Positions 21,222-31,352 of a stretch of DNA of 64,000 bases are shown here, piece by piece; the stretch's first letter is position 1; every line of letters starts with the position of its first letter. The DNA is from an uncultured archaeon (lineage in GTDB: Archaea > Thermoplasmatota > Thermoplasmata > Thermoplasmatales > Thermoplasmataceae): the NCBI GenBank assembly GCA_000965745.1, contig CP009479.1, forward strand, positions 576,001 through 640,000. Reading direction: 5' to 3'. The notes under the pieces are model-generated. The model saw nothing but the letters and a program-made list of their open reading frames with translations. It was not told the DNA's origin and did no database searches. A program made the position numbers and the translations under genes.

Positions 21222-21787
21222 TAATCCTCTCCCAGATGTTTTACAAATTCAAGGGATATTTTCTCCCTAAGATCGTCCATAACAGTTCCGATGGTCAGAT
21301 CAAGCTCTCTATTTCCATCTGAAGATTCTGCTATTATCCCGGGCTCCTTGATATGATCCTTGGCGATCCTTATCCTGTTCATGTCCTGAAGAAATGATAG
21401 GTCTGCCTTTCTTGCATGAACAATACAGTTTTCGCCAAGTATCTCCATGCTGAGATTGACCATCTTCCTGAGTATCTGAGAATATTCCCTGGTGTCTGCA
21501 ATATTTCTAAGGAAAAAATCTGCTCGTTGCAGTGCATTATTCATAAGCTGAGAAATCTTTTCTCTTTCCAGGCCTTTGGCCTCCATTTTGGCGAGTTCCA
21601 CCTCCCTCCCCCTTAGGGCCCTGGAATCCTCTTCCAATTTCCTGGAGTAATACGCCTCAAGCCTCTGAAGCTCTTCTTCAACCTCTGAGTTCACACTGCC
21701 GATCTTGGTTTCGTACTCTTCGGAGATCTTCTTGATCTCCTGGTCCTTCCTTTTTTCCACTTCCTGTAGAATGTCCTCAAGAGGCAT
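21221..21787 (-). CDS. atpE: A-type ATP synthase subunit E
   Basis: MPLEDIL.. coiled-coil, GIIAESSDG; operon position. Confidence 0.9.
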   Translation of the reverse strand: MPLEDILQEVEKRKDQEIKKISEEYETKIGSVNSEVEEELQRLEAYYSRKLEEDSRALRGREVELAKMEAKGLEREKISQLMNNALQRADFFLRNIADTREYSQILRKMVNLSMEILGENCIVHARKADLSFLQDMNRIRIAKDHIKEPGIIAESSDGNRELDLTIGTVMDDLREKISLEFVKHLGED

Positions 21788-21798
21788 TGTCCGAACCT

Positions 21799-22029
21799 CT
21801 AGAAAATTCTCAACAGCAGAATTATACCCAGAATAAATCCAATTATCCAAAGCGTCTCCGGAATAACGAAAAAGAACAGAACCTGGCCGAACTTCTCCGG
21901 CTTTTCTGCAATGATTCCCATTCCGGCAGCTCCGATTCCCTGCTGAGCCATTCCAGTTCCGATCAGACCGCCGGCTATTGAAATGGATGCAGCTATAGCG
22001 AGTAAAGCTGACGTGTAATCAACTGCCAT
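21799..22029 (-). CDS. atpK: A-type ATP synthase subunit K (c, proteolipid)
   Basis: Two TM helices, AEKPE loop, PET carrying the ion-binding Glu. Confidence 0.95.
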   Translation of the reverse strand: MAVDYTSALLAIAASISIAGGLIGTGMAQQGIGAAGMGIIAEKPEKFGQVLFFFVIPETLWIIGFILGIILLLRIF

Positions 22030-22351
22030 TTAATTTTCACCGAACTATCATTGAAGTGGGTTATATAAAAGTGATCTGCATATACGCAAAATTAGCTCAT
22101 ATTCAGGACCCCAACAACTATCCATAAAGGTATAGATACCTTATCAGTAAGGGATGAAAAAAAGGATGTATTTAACAATTATAAATTTAGAAGAATTTCT
22201 ATTGTTTAAACCCTGAAACGCGGGTTACTCGTAACATTCTCCAGATCATTCCCAATTTCAAATCTCATTAAAATATTGATTGGAATCGGTAATGAATTCC
22301 GACAAATGTTAAATAAACCAGAAGTGTTTAGCCAGATATTACCCCTGGCAG

Positions 22352-22603
22352 GTGCTAAAAATCATGAATAGCAGCATTGAATCGCTTAAATCAGGCGTTC
22401 TGACATTTCTCACTCAGAACAACAGGAGCGGCTTTACAGAGAATCAGATTCTTACGGCATTCTTCGGGAGTCCGGAAAAAGCTTCAGATGAGGACAGGAA
22501 TGAAATAAGTTCCATACTGGAATCCCTAGTAGAAGGAAAAGCTATCTCCAAGAGTACATTAAGCACGAAGTCCGGGATGAAAACATACTACAAAGGATTT
22601 TGA
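22352..22603 (+). CDS. Small hypothetical protein, possible winged helix
   Basis: 83-aa ORF divergent from atpK; ILESLVEGKAI...KTYY pattern. Confidence 0.55.
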   Translation: MLKIMNSSIESLKSGVLTFLTQNNRSGFTENQILTAFFGSPEKASDEDRNEISSILESLVEGKAISKSTLSTKSGMKTYYKGF

Positions 22604-22607
22604 ACAA

Positions 22608-23153
22608 TCAGGGCCCGAGCTTTACCCTGCTAGCCCTTGAACTGTTTATCCTGCTTTTTCCTGACGGGTCTTCAATGATCATTGTCATTTCGGGTGCGTT
22701 CCCGTTCAGGATCCCCTCCAGGACATTTCTTATTTTTTCCATTTTCTCAGGATCTTCCGCGTCTTCACCTATGATATCCAGTTTCTCAAGGATCCTGCTA
22801 AGTATCCCCTCGACCGTTGTGATCTCGCCTGTGGCTGACTTACCGGGAAGCACTTCTGCTTCTATCTCCGGAATCTGCAAAACGGCCTCTGTCGATCTGT
22901 AGACAACAACGCGGAGGTCGTCCTGGCTCCTCAGCTTAAGGGTTGTCCTCACCGGATCTCGCCGCTCCATAGGTGCTACAGCACTCTGTTTGAAAAGGCA
23001 TGACTTGCAGTAATAGGTCTCGATACTCACACCTTCCTCGTATGCTATCTGAGTGTTGTAGAATATCAGGTAAAGGTCTTCCCCGCAAGACGGGCATTTG
23101 AGATTTGTCTGAAATTCCTGGGGAATCTCCTCGTCTTCATCCATCTTGCTCAC
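22608..23153 (-). CDS. ZPR1-type zinc finger protein
   Basis: CPSC...CKSC, IPEI.AEV.PG, ITTVEGIL, IEDPSGKS. Confidence 0.9.
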   Translation of the reverse strand: MSKMDEDEEIPQEFQTNLKCPSCGEDLYLIFYNTQIAYEEGVSIETYYCKSCLFKQSAVAPMERRDPVRTTLKLRSQDDLRVVVYRSTEAVLQIPEIEAEVLPGKSATGEITTVEGILSRILEKLDIIGEDAEDPEKMEKIRNVLEGILNGNAPEMTMIIEDPSGKSRINSSRASRVKLGP

Positions 23154-24202
23154 TTCCGATAATAGTTGAACCATGACTTAAGCGGTTCAGTGATGAAGAG
23201 CCTGGCATTCCTCAAATCCTCAACATTTTTTGAAGCAGTGAGGAACATTGCAATCTTGAAATCACGGATTAGAAATGATATCTGTTTTTTCAGTTCGTCG
23301 AAAGATGTGTCTGCATTCTTCAGTAGATGCCTTGCAAAGCCTCCAGCAGTGGCGCCTACCATTACAGCCTTGGCAAGATCAAGGCCATTTCTCAAGCCTC
23401 CGCTACCTATAACGGGCAACCCCAGAAGACAGTGGTTTATTGCTGCAGGTGAAGGAATGCCCCAGTTCCAGAAGGATAGACCGGTGTGCATTTTCTCTTC
23501 GTCGTTTGAGCTTTTGGCCCTGTAATACTCTATTGCTGCAAATGATGTCCCGCCAAGGCCTCCCACATCTATGGCCTTCACACCTGCGTCCTTAAGCTGA
23601 ATGGCAGCTTCCCTGGATATGCCGTTCCCGGTCTCCTTTGCTATGACTGGGTAGCTTTGCGCTATCTCCGAAACCCTTTTCAGTATTCCCTCAGAATTTC
23701 TGTCTCCCTCAGGCTGCACCATTTCCTGAAGGAAGTTGAAGTGAACAATAAGAAAATCCGCATTTATCAGGTTGAAAACGTATTCTATATCCTTGTCTGT
23801 GAATGCCGGTTTCCCCTGCTTGATAAGCTGGGGGGCACCTATGTTTGCTATTCTTGCCCTCATCTTGTAATCATTTATCACCGAGAAGGTGTCCGCAAGC
23901 TCCTTTTTCTCCACTGCGGCCCTCATGCTTCCCACTCCCATGGCAAGGCCGAACTCTTCTGCTGCAGCCGCGAGGTTTGAGTTTATCTTCTTGGCCAGCT
24001 GTGTCCCACCGGTCATAGAAGATATTATGATGGGATAGTCAAGTTTCTTTCCAAGCAGGCCTACGGAGGTGTCAATATTGTCAAAATCCACCTCGGGGAG
24101 GGGCTGATGAATAACGTGGATGTCATCCCAGTAATTATGGTCAGAAGTGACAGTCTCATTTTCCGCGATTCTTATGTGTTCCGTCTTTCTGTTTTCTATC
24201 AT
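23150..24202 (-). CDS. fni: Type 2 isopentenyl-diphosphate isomerase
   Basis: RKTEH, SMTGG, MGVGS, QEMVQPEGD, KETG, GGTS. Confidence 0.96.
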   Translation of the reverse strand: MIENRKTEHIRIAENETVTSDHNYWDDIHVIHQPLPEVDFDNIDTSVGLLGKKLDYPIIISSMTGGTQLAKKINSNLAAAAEEFGLAMGVGSMRAAVEKKELADTFSVINDYKMRARIANIGAPQLIKQGKPAFTDKDIEYVFNLINADFLIVHFNFLQEMVQPEGDRNSEGILKRVSEIAQSYPVIAKETGNGISREAAIQLKDAGVKAIDVGGLGGTSFAAIEYYRAKSSNDEEKMHTGLSFWNWGIPSPAAINHCLLGLPVIGSGGLRNGLDLAKAVMVGATAGGFARHLLKNADTSFDELKKQISFLIRDFKIAMFLTASKNVEDLRNARLFITEPLKSWFNYYRK

Positions 24203-24933
24203 GATATCATTGTTCCCAGGAAGTCTTTGGTTCCTATTTCCCTGAGCCTTTCCGGCTTAGCCCCGTTCAACATATATATTTCGGGTACAAATTCTTTCAT
24301 CTTTTTCATTGTCTCAATTTTCCTCTTGATTCCACCGGTAACATCTGCGGCACTCAATTCGAACGTTGCATCGTCATATATGCTCCTGAGGAGCCTGGCA
24401 TCCTTGTGCAGCTTAGGGTTCTTATCATAGAGGCCGTCTACATCACTCACAAAAATCGCCCGCTCAGGCCTCAGCCTTTCCGATAGATCAAGCATAATCT
24501 GATCTCCCGAATATATGCCGAACTCATTCCCTCCCATCAGGTATACATCTCCGAAACTGACTGGAGTCATGCCAGCATCAAGGTAGGCGTCGAATATGTC
24601 GTAATCTCTTCTGTTTCCAAGGATATATGAGGATGGAGGTATGGAGACTGCACTTATTCCGTTCTCGATAAGAATGGAAGTTACCATCTGGTTCAGTTCC
24701 ACCATGTCATTATGTATGATAGCTGCTCCAATTCTTCTTTTTTCAGTTATCCCTCCGGGGAGCTCATACTCTCTTGCCATTATGTGTCCAAAGGAACCGC
24801 CGCCGTGAACGACAATCATTGTTTCGTCCATGTCTGCGAGTTCTTTTATTATGTGCTCAGTAATTCTTTTCCTGAACGTCTTGTATCTAGATTTGTCTGT
24901 TATGATGCTTCCTCCGAGCTTTATTATGATCAT
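24199..24933 (-). CDS. ipk: Isopentenyl phosphate kinase
   Basis: IIKLGGSIITDK, VHGGGSFGH, SGD, DVTGG; overlaps fni. Confidence 0.93.
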   Translation of the reverse strand: MIIIKLGGSIITDKSRYKTFRKRITEHIIKELADMDETMIVVHGGGSFGHIMAREYELPGGITEKRRIGAAIIHNDMVELNQMVTSILIENGISAVSIPPSSYILGNRRDYDIFDAYLDAGMTPVSFGDVYLMGGNEFGIYSGDQIMLDLSERLRPERAIFVSDVDGLYDKNPKLHKDARLLRSIYDDATFELSAADVTGGIKRKIETMKKMKEFVPEIYMLNGAKPERLREIGTKDFLGTMIS

Positions 24934-25005
24934 TTGCTGCCACTATCGTATAAATTCAACATATTTATTGTTTGGATTGCGATCTTGCGTGAGATGGGGA
25001 CAGGC

Positions 25006-26238
25006 TCATGCTGCGCTACCCTGTTTACCGGTTCTTTTGAGGCTTCTTATGAATTCACCTTTCATGTTGCCGCTTATGATGATATAAGATGTGAAAAACA
25101 GAGCTGCGGATGGCAATCCGGCTACTGCACCAAGGAGCCAGTTTCCATTTCCGACATAGAACACCGCCAATGGCGGGTACTGCGTAGAAAACTGTGCGAC
25201 ATGAATCGCTGAAATGCTAGGCATTAGCTCCAAAAAAACTGTGGAAAGAGCGGCAGAGAAATAGATTATTGGCAGTGATGCAAGAAAAGCAAGTGTGAGT
25301 ATTTTCCGCCCTCTTCCATTCGTGAAGCCCATTGGTAGAATGGCTATAGATGCGATCTTCATGAGTGTCGGGGTGATCACAATGATGGGGCTGATGTCCC
25401 CCAAATTCCCTGTGATATGCAGATTGATTGGTAATGTAGTTACACGCGGAATCCCCATGGGTATTGGAATGAGCATCTGAGCCGCCACGATATCTGCCAG
25501 AATGAAAAGTGATAGGGCGATGGCTATAGGTGCTGTATTCTTTCTAGACAGTAGTTTCCTAGAAGAAATTATGAGCACTAGTGCGTAAATGAATAGCGCC
25601 AATGCTATTGATCCTGCATCATTTACCGCACTTCCTCCCCCTATCGGTATCTGCATGTATGGAAAGTTGAAGAACGGCGTCATCAAGGCCACAATTCCAA
25701 GCAATACAAAGGCTCTGCTGATTGGGTTCTGAGGATAGGCAACAATTGGGGAATCCTCTTCCCGTATGAAAAATTCAGAGTACATACTGGGAACTGACAG
25801 CACAACAGGCATATCCCTTATCCGTCTCTTTCCAAGACTTAGAATGATCTTTTGGATTTCTTTTTCAGAAATCTGCCCCCCTTCAATATAATTAATGAAG
25901 ATGAAGGGTCTTCCTGTTTCCCCAGTTTTACGTCTTCTCGCGCCCACTTTGAGACCTCTGGCATTTCTGACCAGTAATACATCCTCTTTTTCAGATTTCA
26001 GTTTGAGTGCTATGAAGGCAGCCGCAGTGCTCCTCTTGGATTCCTTGTAGGAATCTATCAGGAAGATGTTCTTTTTGTCATTGTTTTGTTCCCATTCCAG
26101 TATATCTTTGCATATCGAATCAAGAGATGTTGATTCCCTGAATGCTAGGCTGCGAATGCTGTCTACGTTTACTGAGAAATAATCGTAAAGATTCTCATTC
26201 ATACTATTATCGAGCGTGTCAAGAAAATCTATTTCCAA
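25006..26238 (-). CDS. Hypothetical membrane protein (soluble N-terminus, multi-TM C-terminus)
   Basis: 410-aa ORF with several hydrophobic segments after residue ~175. Confidence 0.65.
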   Translation of the reverse strand: MEIDFLDTLDNSMNENLYDYFSVNVDSIRSLAFRESTSLDSICKDILEWEQNNDKKNIFLIDSYKESKRSTAAAFIALKLKSEKEDVLLVRNARGLKVGARRRKTGETGRPFIFINYIEGGQISEKEIQKIILSLGKRRIRDMPVVLSVPSMYSEFFIREEDSPIVAYPQNPISRAFVLLGIVALMTPFFNFPYMQIPIGGGSAVNDAGSIALALFIYALVLIISSRKLLSRKNTAPIAIALSLFILADIVAAQMLIPIPMGIPRVTTLPINLHITGNLGDISPIIVITPTLMKIASIAILPMGFTNGRGRKILTLAFLASLPIIYFSAALSTVFLELMPSISAIHVAQFSTQYPPLAVFYVGNGNWLLGAVAGLPSAALFFTSYIIISGNMKGEFIRSLKRTGKQGSAA

Positions 26239-26392
26239 AACCTGGTCTCCCCATGCCTTTGTAGTGTCATAACATATTTAGGTATAAACACCTGACGAGG
26301 GTCTACGGGCAGATGAGACAAAAGGATAATGCATTCTATTCCGAACAAATTTATAATGGACCTTCTAATAACGTTCTTACTGCAATTTGCAG

Positions 26393-26464
26393 GGGCCGGT
26401 AGATCAGCGGTAGATCGCCTGCTTTGCAAGCAGGAGGTCTCGGGTTCAAATCCCGACCGGTCCA
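26393..26464 (+). tRNA. tRNA-Ala(TGC)
   Basis: Cloverleaf: acceptor GGGCCGG/CCGGTCC with G3:U70, anticodon arm CCTGC-TT TGC AA-GCAGG, T-loop GGTTCAAATCC; CCA not encoded. Confidence 0.97.
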
Positions 26465-26513
26465 TTTAATCTATTAATCGAATACTTTTTATCTCGCCAC
26501 TCGTTATGTTCTC

Positions 26514-27803
26514 ATGACCATGCAGCCGAAGTATCAGGAACTGCTTCTTGATGATGATTTACGAAGATGGTACGAGAACCTCAGGGCAAAGTCAGTTCTC
26601 ACGGCAACAGTGGCATTGAGAAATCTGGGCCACTATTGCGAGCTTACAAACACGAATCCAAAAGAAATACTGGTCAAAGCAAAAGGCAACGAGAAAGATT
26701 TCCGTTATGAATTCACAGATTTTGTAAGGATGATGGAGAAGGAAGGCAAAGCAGGATCATACATAGCGAGATTCAAGAAGGTCATTCTCTCCTGGCTGAA
26801 GTTTAACGGTATCGGTTTGCAGTTAACCGTTAACATATCTGGGGAAAACGAAACACCGACGATAGTTAACGAAAGAGTGCCTAGCAAGGAAGAATTAGCC
26901 AGAATCCTCAGGAAAGCCACTTCGAGAGGGAGGGTTGCCGTTGCCATTATGGCATTCTCCGGTCTCAGGCCTGAGTCCTTAGGAGACTATGAGGGCACCG
27001 ATGGCTTAAGGCTTGGAGATATCAAGGACCTGAGGATATCGGAGGAAATCCAGTTCGATAAGACACCTGCAATGATTGTGGTCAAGAACAAGCTGAGCAA
27101 GGCAAGACACCAATATTTCTCTTTCATAGAAGAGGAAGGCGCCACTTATATCAAGGAATATCTGGAAGAACGTAGAAAGCAGGGGGAGGAGCTAACTTAT
27201 GAGTCTCCATTACTGCAATTCGATGTTCGCGGAGTGAAAAAGAACGATTTCCTCCGAACCACTCTCGTTACAAGAGATATACGAGAAGCGATAGAGAACT
27301 CAGGCCTGAAGATGCGCCCATATGTCCTGAGAGCATATTTCAGTACGGCTCTTGACATTGCAGAAGCCAAGGGCCTCATATCTCATCCCTGGAGGCAGTT
27401 CATAATGGGCCACAAAGGAGACATTGAGGCTAGATACAGCACCAACAAGCGCCTGCCTCCAGATGTCATAGAGGAAATGAGGGAGGCATACAGGAAGAGC
27501 ACCAAGTTCCTTGAGACCAGATACAGCGAACTTGAGGAGGACAAGGCCAGAATGTACCTGCAGCAGCAGTTGCTATCAGCAGTGGGCTACAAACCGGAAG
27601 AAATTGACAAGATGGATCTCACTAAGATAAGCAACGATGATTTCCAGAAGCTCCTCCGGGACAAGGTGGCAGGAGCCATGGCAAGCAACGGCTCGAAGCA
27701 GAGGCTCGTTCCAATGAACGAGATTGAGAAGCTCCTGAGCGAAGGGTACGAGTTCCAGGCAGTCCTGCCCAACGGAAAGGCAGTTATGAAATTACCTTTT
27801 TAG
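26514..27803 (+). CDS. Tyrosine recombinase/integrase
   Basis: FSGLR (Arg I), YVLR (HxxR variant), MGH, EARY (Tyr); 49 bp from the tRNA end. Confidence 0.92.
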   Translation: MTMQPKYQELLLDDDLRRWYENLRAKSVLTATVALRNLGHYCELTNTNPKEILVKAKGNEKDFRYEFTDFVRMMEKEGKAGSYIARFKKVILSWLKFNGIGLQLTVNISGENETPTIVNERVPSKEELARILRKATSRGRVAVAIMAFSGLRPESLGDYEGTDGLRLGDIKDLRISEEIQFDKTPAMIVVKNKLSKARHQYFSFIEEEGATYIKEYLEERRKQGEELTYESPLLQFDVRGVKKNDFLRTTLVTRDIREAIENSGLKMRPYVLRAYFSTALDIAEAKGLISHPWRQFIMGHKGDIEARYSTNKRLPPDVIEEMREAYRKSTKFLETRYSELEEDKARMYLQQQLLSAVGYKPEEIDKMDLTKISNDDFQKLLRDKVAGAMASNGSKQRLVPMNEIEKLLSEGYEFQAVLPNGKAVMKLPF

Positions 27804-27826
27804 AGCAATAAAGCATCCGATGATAA

Positions 27827-28375
27827 GTGGACCTTAACGACGCCCCGTATAAGTTCATTATTCCCAGTTGCCCTGGCTGCGAGATGGTTTCAAACCGGAT
27901 AAGGGAACAGCAGGCACCAGTGATGGTGAAAGACCTCTACGCATACTTCGAGAACGGGGAAAGAAGACATTCGCCCGAATACATGACCCATAAGGCAGTG
28001 AATACGCATCTCACCCATCTTAAGAGGTCCGGATACCTCAAACGGGCATACGATGAGGAGAAGAAAGGTGTTGTGCTATCAATCTACGAGGCAAAGGTCT
28101 ATCTCGACATGTATCGCAGGGGTATACATTTTAAGGATGAAGCCGAAAACACAGACTTTGAGGAGGATATGAAATTCATATCCAACAGCCTCAAACAATC
28201 GGACAAGATCATTTTTGACAAAGCGAGAAAATGCGTGTGCGGAAAAGTCTACAAACCAAAGATGGACGTGATAGAGCCCATCAACGCAGGCAAGCAGGTC
28301 ATTCTGTTATTCTCGTTCAAATGCCCTGACTGCGGCCATGAAAGGTCATTTTCACTAATAGTATATAAACCCTAA
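27827..28375 (+). CDS. Hypothetical Zn-binding/HTH-like protein
   Basis: CPGC, CVC and CPDC motifs; HLKRSGYLKR. Confidence 0.6.
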   Translation: MDLNDAPYKFIIPSCPGCEMVSNRIREQQAPVMVKDLYAYFENGERRHSPEYMTHKAVNTHLTHLKRSGYLKRAYDEEKKGVVLSIYEAKVYLDMYRRGIHFKDEAENTDFEEDMKFISNSLKQSDKIIFDKARKCVCGKVYKPKMDVIEPINAGKQVILLFSFKCPDCGHERSFSLIVYKP

Positions 28376-28407
28376 ACGATACAAGTATACTCCCTGCATA
28401 TACTTAT

Positions 28408-28602
28408 TTGATGTCTACCCAACAGGACGGTAAGATCGACTTGTCCAACCTGAAGAGAGATTTTGCAAGTCGTTTTCCGGATAGTCCGCTTACGCCTGTA
28501 CTTCTGTCGGAACCGGATACGCTTAGTTTCGGGGACATGTTGGCAAAAGCCGGTACATGGCTGGTTCTGCTGGGGAACGACAAAAGGAGTAAAGAAATAT
28601 GA
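28408..28602 (+). CDS. Small hypothetical protein
   Basis: TATATAAA upstream; ATGA overlap with the next gene. Confidence 0.6.
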   Translation: MMSTQQDGKIDLSNLKRDFASRFPDSPLTPVLLSEPDTLSFGDMLAKAGTWLVLLGNDKRSKEI

Positions 28603-28952
28603 GGAGAGTAAGAGTGAGACCGATTTCGGAAGAGGCAGAATATGTTGGCTCACAGCCTGAGATTGTGCAATACGAGATTGAAAATCCACAGAAGAAAGGC
28701 ACCATAGAGAGATTGCAGGAAACGGTTATCGATAACACGGTTAACCGTTACGAGCTTGAAGACCGGAGGCAAATAGCAGCCATACGAGAGTTTATGGAGC
28801 GGAATCCCGACATAAGCTACGTGGAATACGAATCAAATCCGGTTCTGAGGATGGACCTAGTGATAACGAGGCGCGGCCTGATCTTCAAGCGCGAAGAAGC
28901 ATCAATATCCGCAACGCTGACTCCGAACAGAAGATTCAGGGCACAGAGGTGA
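28599..28952 (+). CDS. Hypothetical protein
   Basis: 117-aa ORF in a tightly packed + strand run. Confidence 0.7.
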   Translation: MRRVRVRPISEEAEYVGSQPEIVQYEIENPQKKGTIERLQETVIDNTVNRYELEDRRQIAAIREFMERNPDISYVEYESNPVLRMDLVITRRGLIFKREEASISATLTPNRRFRAQR

Positions 28953-28955
28953 ATC

Positions 28956-29360
28956 ATGGACGAGGATGTTCTGACATTTGGATTCCTGATCACCTCATTA
29001 GCGGTGTTCATAACCGGTCTGGTATGGCAGGGCCTCTGGCCCTTCTTGTTTGCCATGACAATGTCAGGAAACTTGCTCTATGAGATAATAGGAGTGTCAG
29101 GCTTTTTTCTGACATTCATCGGAGCTCTTGTCCTGCTATATTGCGCGCTTATCCTTATCGTGTACGTCATATTTTTTGCAGTCATATTCGGCATACCTGC
29201 GTACCTGGTATATCTTGCCCTTGGCATTGAGAACAGCATAATTCTCGCTGTAATTGTTGGCGTTATCATCCTCATTTACCTGATAGAAACCCGCACAGTA
29301 AAGGTGGAACACTACACAGTAACGCTGAACCTTCACAAACGATATGTTGTAAAAAGGTAG
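28956..29360 (+). CDS. Small multi-pass membrane protein
   Basis: 3-4 hydrophobic helices; GAGGTGA RBS. Confidence 0.75.
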   Translation: MDEDVLTFGFLITSLAVFITGLVWQGLWPFLFAMTMSGNLLYEIIGVSGFFLTFIGALVLLYCALILIVYVIFFAVIFGIPAYLVYLALGIENSIILAVIVGVIILIYLIETRTVKVEHYTVTLNLHKRYVVKR

Positions 29361-29366
29361 CGGGAT

Positions 29367-31145
29367 ATGAATAAATATTTGGAAAGCCAGAATACGATTA
29401 TGAGGGAATATGGCTTTTCTGAGCTCATAAACGCAAGGCGCGTATTATCGAAGCCACTCATAGAGCTACCTCTTAGGAATGAGCAGAGGCTATTCTATGA
29501 CCTCTCAAGAAGGCTGAGAAGATTTGCAGGCCACACAGCCCTTGCATACAACATCATACCCGATGTGGAAAGAGGAAAGTTCAGGAGAGAAGAATGCTCG
29601 CCCAAAGCAGCATCCCTCAGAGACTATGTGCTTCATAAGGGAAACAGAAATGTATCAATTACCGGTGTGTCGGGTCAGGGGAAGAGCTATCTGACCACTC
29701 ACCTGATTTCGATTTTCAAGGACAAGGAGATAATCATATTCTCCTTCAAGCCCAATGACCATGAATTGCATCTTGGAATCCCAGTAGTGGATGCAAAGGA
29801 GTGCCTGCCCAATCCCTTCAAGGATGTGAACGCCTTCTCCGAGGCTTATATGACCGCCTTCTTCGGCGAGAAGACCTCATCCGGCATACAGCTTCAACAG
29901 ACTCCGGGATTCTTGCAGGAGATCGCCTCAGAGAGCAGCAGCTGGAAGGATTTTATGCTGAAACTGAGCGAGAGAAAGAGATCCGCATCCAAGAATCAGG
30001 TGGAGGCTCTGAACGCAATTGAGCAGAACGTAAAGAGCCTGATCATTGCCGATATGGGGAGCGTGGTCCTGGATAATGGAAGCATTGTCTTTGACTTCTC
30101 ATCTCTCCCGACTAAACAGGCCCAGAATTTCTATGCTGAACTGATGCTGAGGCAGATATACAGGGAAATGGAGGAGCGCAAGAGAAACGGCGTTCTTATC
30201 CTGATAGACGAAGCCCATCGACTGACTAAGTCCTACCATACAATCCTCGATGTCATGTCCAGGGAGATAAGGGACAAGGGAATGCTCTGGATAATCACAC
30301 AGAACCTCATTGACATATTGCCGGAAATGAGAGCGAATTTCGGTACAAAGTTCACCTTCAGGCTTGGTGATGCCGATCTTAACCTTCTATCGTATAACCC
30401 CCTTATGAGATATGCCGTTGAGATACTACAGCCAAGGCAGTTCATAGACATAGAGTTCCCAGAAGGCTCATCGTTCTCCCCCGTGTTCACATACGTTTCA
30501 AACGGTTTGGAGCACAAGGAAACACAAAAGGTCGCCGCGGCGGTATCTGAACCAAAGAGGGAAGTGGGAGTCGGAGGGAGAGGGGAGGAGATAGACTACA
30601 GGAGGGAGGCCCTGGAGATACTCAACGAGAGGATGTCCTATGCAACGGAAATGGGAAAGATAATCGCTGAGAAGTATGGAATTACGAAGGATCAGGCAAA
30701 GCTGAAGCTCAAATCCGTACTGGAAGAGCTGAAGAATAACAACGAAGTCGGCAGGGTGAAGTATCTCAGAAATGGAAAGCCAATAGTGATGTATTACTCA
30801 AAGAGCCCTAACCTCACCAACCTGCACACAGGAATGCAGAGCCAGGCTGTCGACATGCTCATGGACCTTGGTGTCAGCATCAACAGAATATCGACAACGG
30901 GCGAGAGAAACGCCTTCGACATAGAGACAGACTTCTTCATGGTGGAGATTGAAACAGGCCTCAAGCACAGTATGGAGGACTTGAAGGATAGGATAGAAAG
31001 CACGAACCTTAGAGTCATAGTAATCGTCCCCAATAGGGAGCTTATGGACAGGTATCACGATCTCGGAGAAAGAGTAGTCGTCACGACAATTGACTCCCTT
31101 GGAGAGGTGCTAACAGAGTCTGAGAAGGACCTCAATCCTGAATGA
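29367..31145 (+). CDS. HerA/FtsK/VirB4-superfamily ATPase with C-terminal wHTH and possible PD-(D/E)XK-like region
   Basis: Walker A GVSGQGKS, Walker B LILIDEAH, EIRDKG, ITQN; C-terminal FDI.....VEIETG. Confidence 0.82.
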   Translation: MNKYLESQNTIMREYGFSELINARRVLSKPLIELPLRNEQRLFYDLSRRLRRFAGHTALAYNIIPDVERGKFRREECSPKAASLRDYVLHKGNRNVSITGVSGQGKSYLTTHLISIFKDKEIIIFSFKPNDHELHLGIPVVDAKECLPNPFKDVNAFSEAYMTAFFGEKTSSGIQLQQTPGFLQEIASESSSWKDFMLKLSERKRSASKNQVEALNAIEQNVKSLIIADMGSVVLDNGSIVFDFSSLPTKQAQNFYAELMLRQIYREMEERKRNGVLILIDEAHRLTKSYHTILDVMSREIRDKGMLWIITQNLIDILPEMRANFGTKFTFRLGDADLNLLSYNPLMRYAVEILQPRQFIDIEFPEGSSFSPVFTYVSNGLEHKETQKVAAAVSEPKREVGVGGRGEEIDYRREALEILNERMSYATEMGKIIAEKYGITKDQAKLKLKSVLEELKNNNEVGRVKYLRNGKPIVMYYSKSPNLTNLHTGMQSQAVDMLMDLGVSINRISTTGERNAFDIETDFFMVEIETGLKHSMEDLKDRIESTNLRVIVIVPNRELMDRYHDLGERVVVTTIDSLGEVLTESEKDLNPE

Positions 31146-31352
31146 ACATTGATAAAAGGCGTATATAGAAACGTTTTTAATACCTACCAGAGCACTCTGA
31201 GTGGGTGTATAACAATGGAAGGCGGAGGTTACAGCGGTTGAAAATAAGAATTCCGAGTTGACGAATTGCCAGGAAGGCGGAGGCATATCAGGATAGAAAC
31301 ACCAGGCTTGATGTCAACGCTTGGCTACAATTTTTGCTTTATATTGCCAGCG

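Noticed and set aside
26229-26465. 78-aa ORF on the minus strand
   Set aside because: Antisense shadow of tRNA-Ala.
26514-27803. Classical integron integrase (IntI) or SSV1-type split integrase
   Set aside because: The sites are not attC-like palindromes. The att core lies outside the intact gene, so the integrase is not split by integration.
31217-31283. 12-bp direct repeat GGAAGGCGGAGG in an intergenic gap
   Set aside because: Only two copies with no associated structure or ORF; not interpretable.
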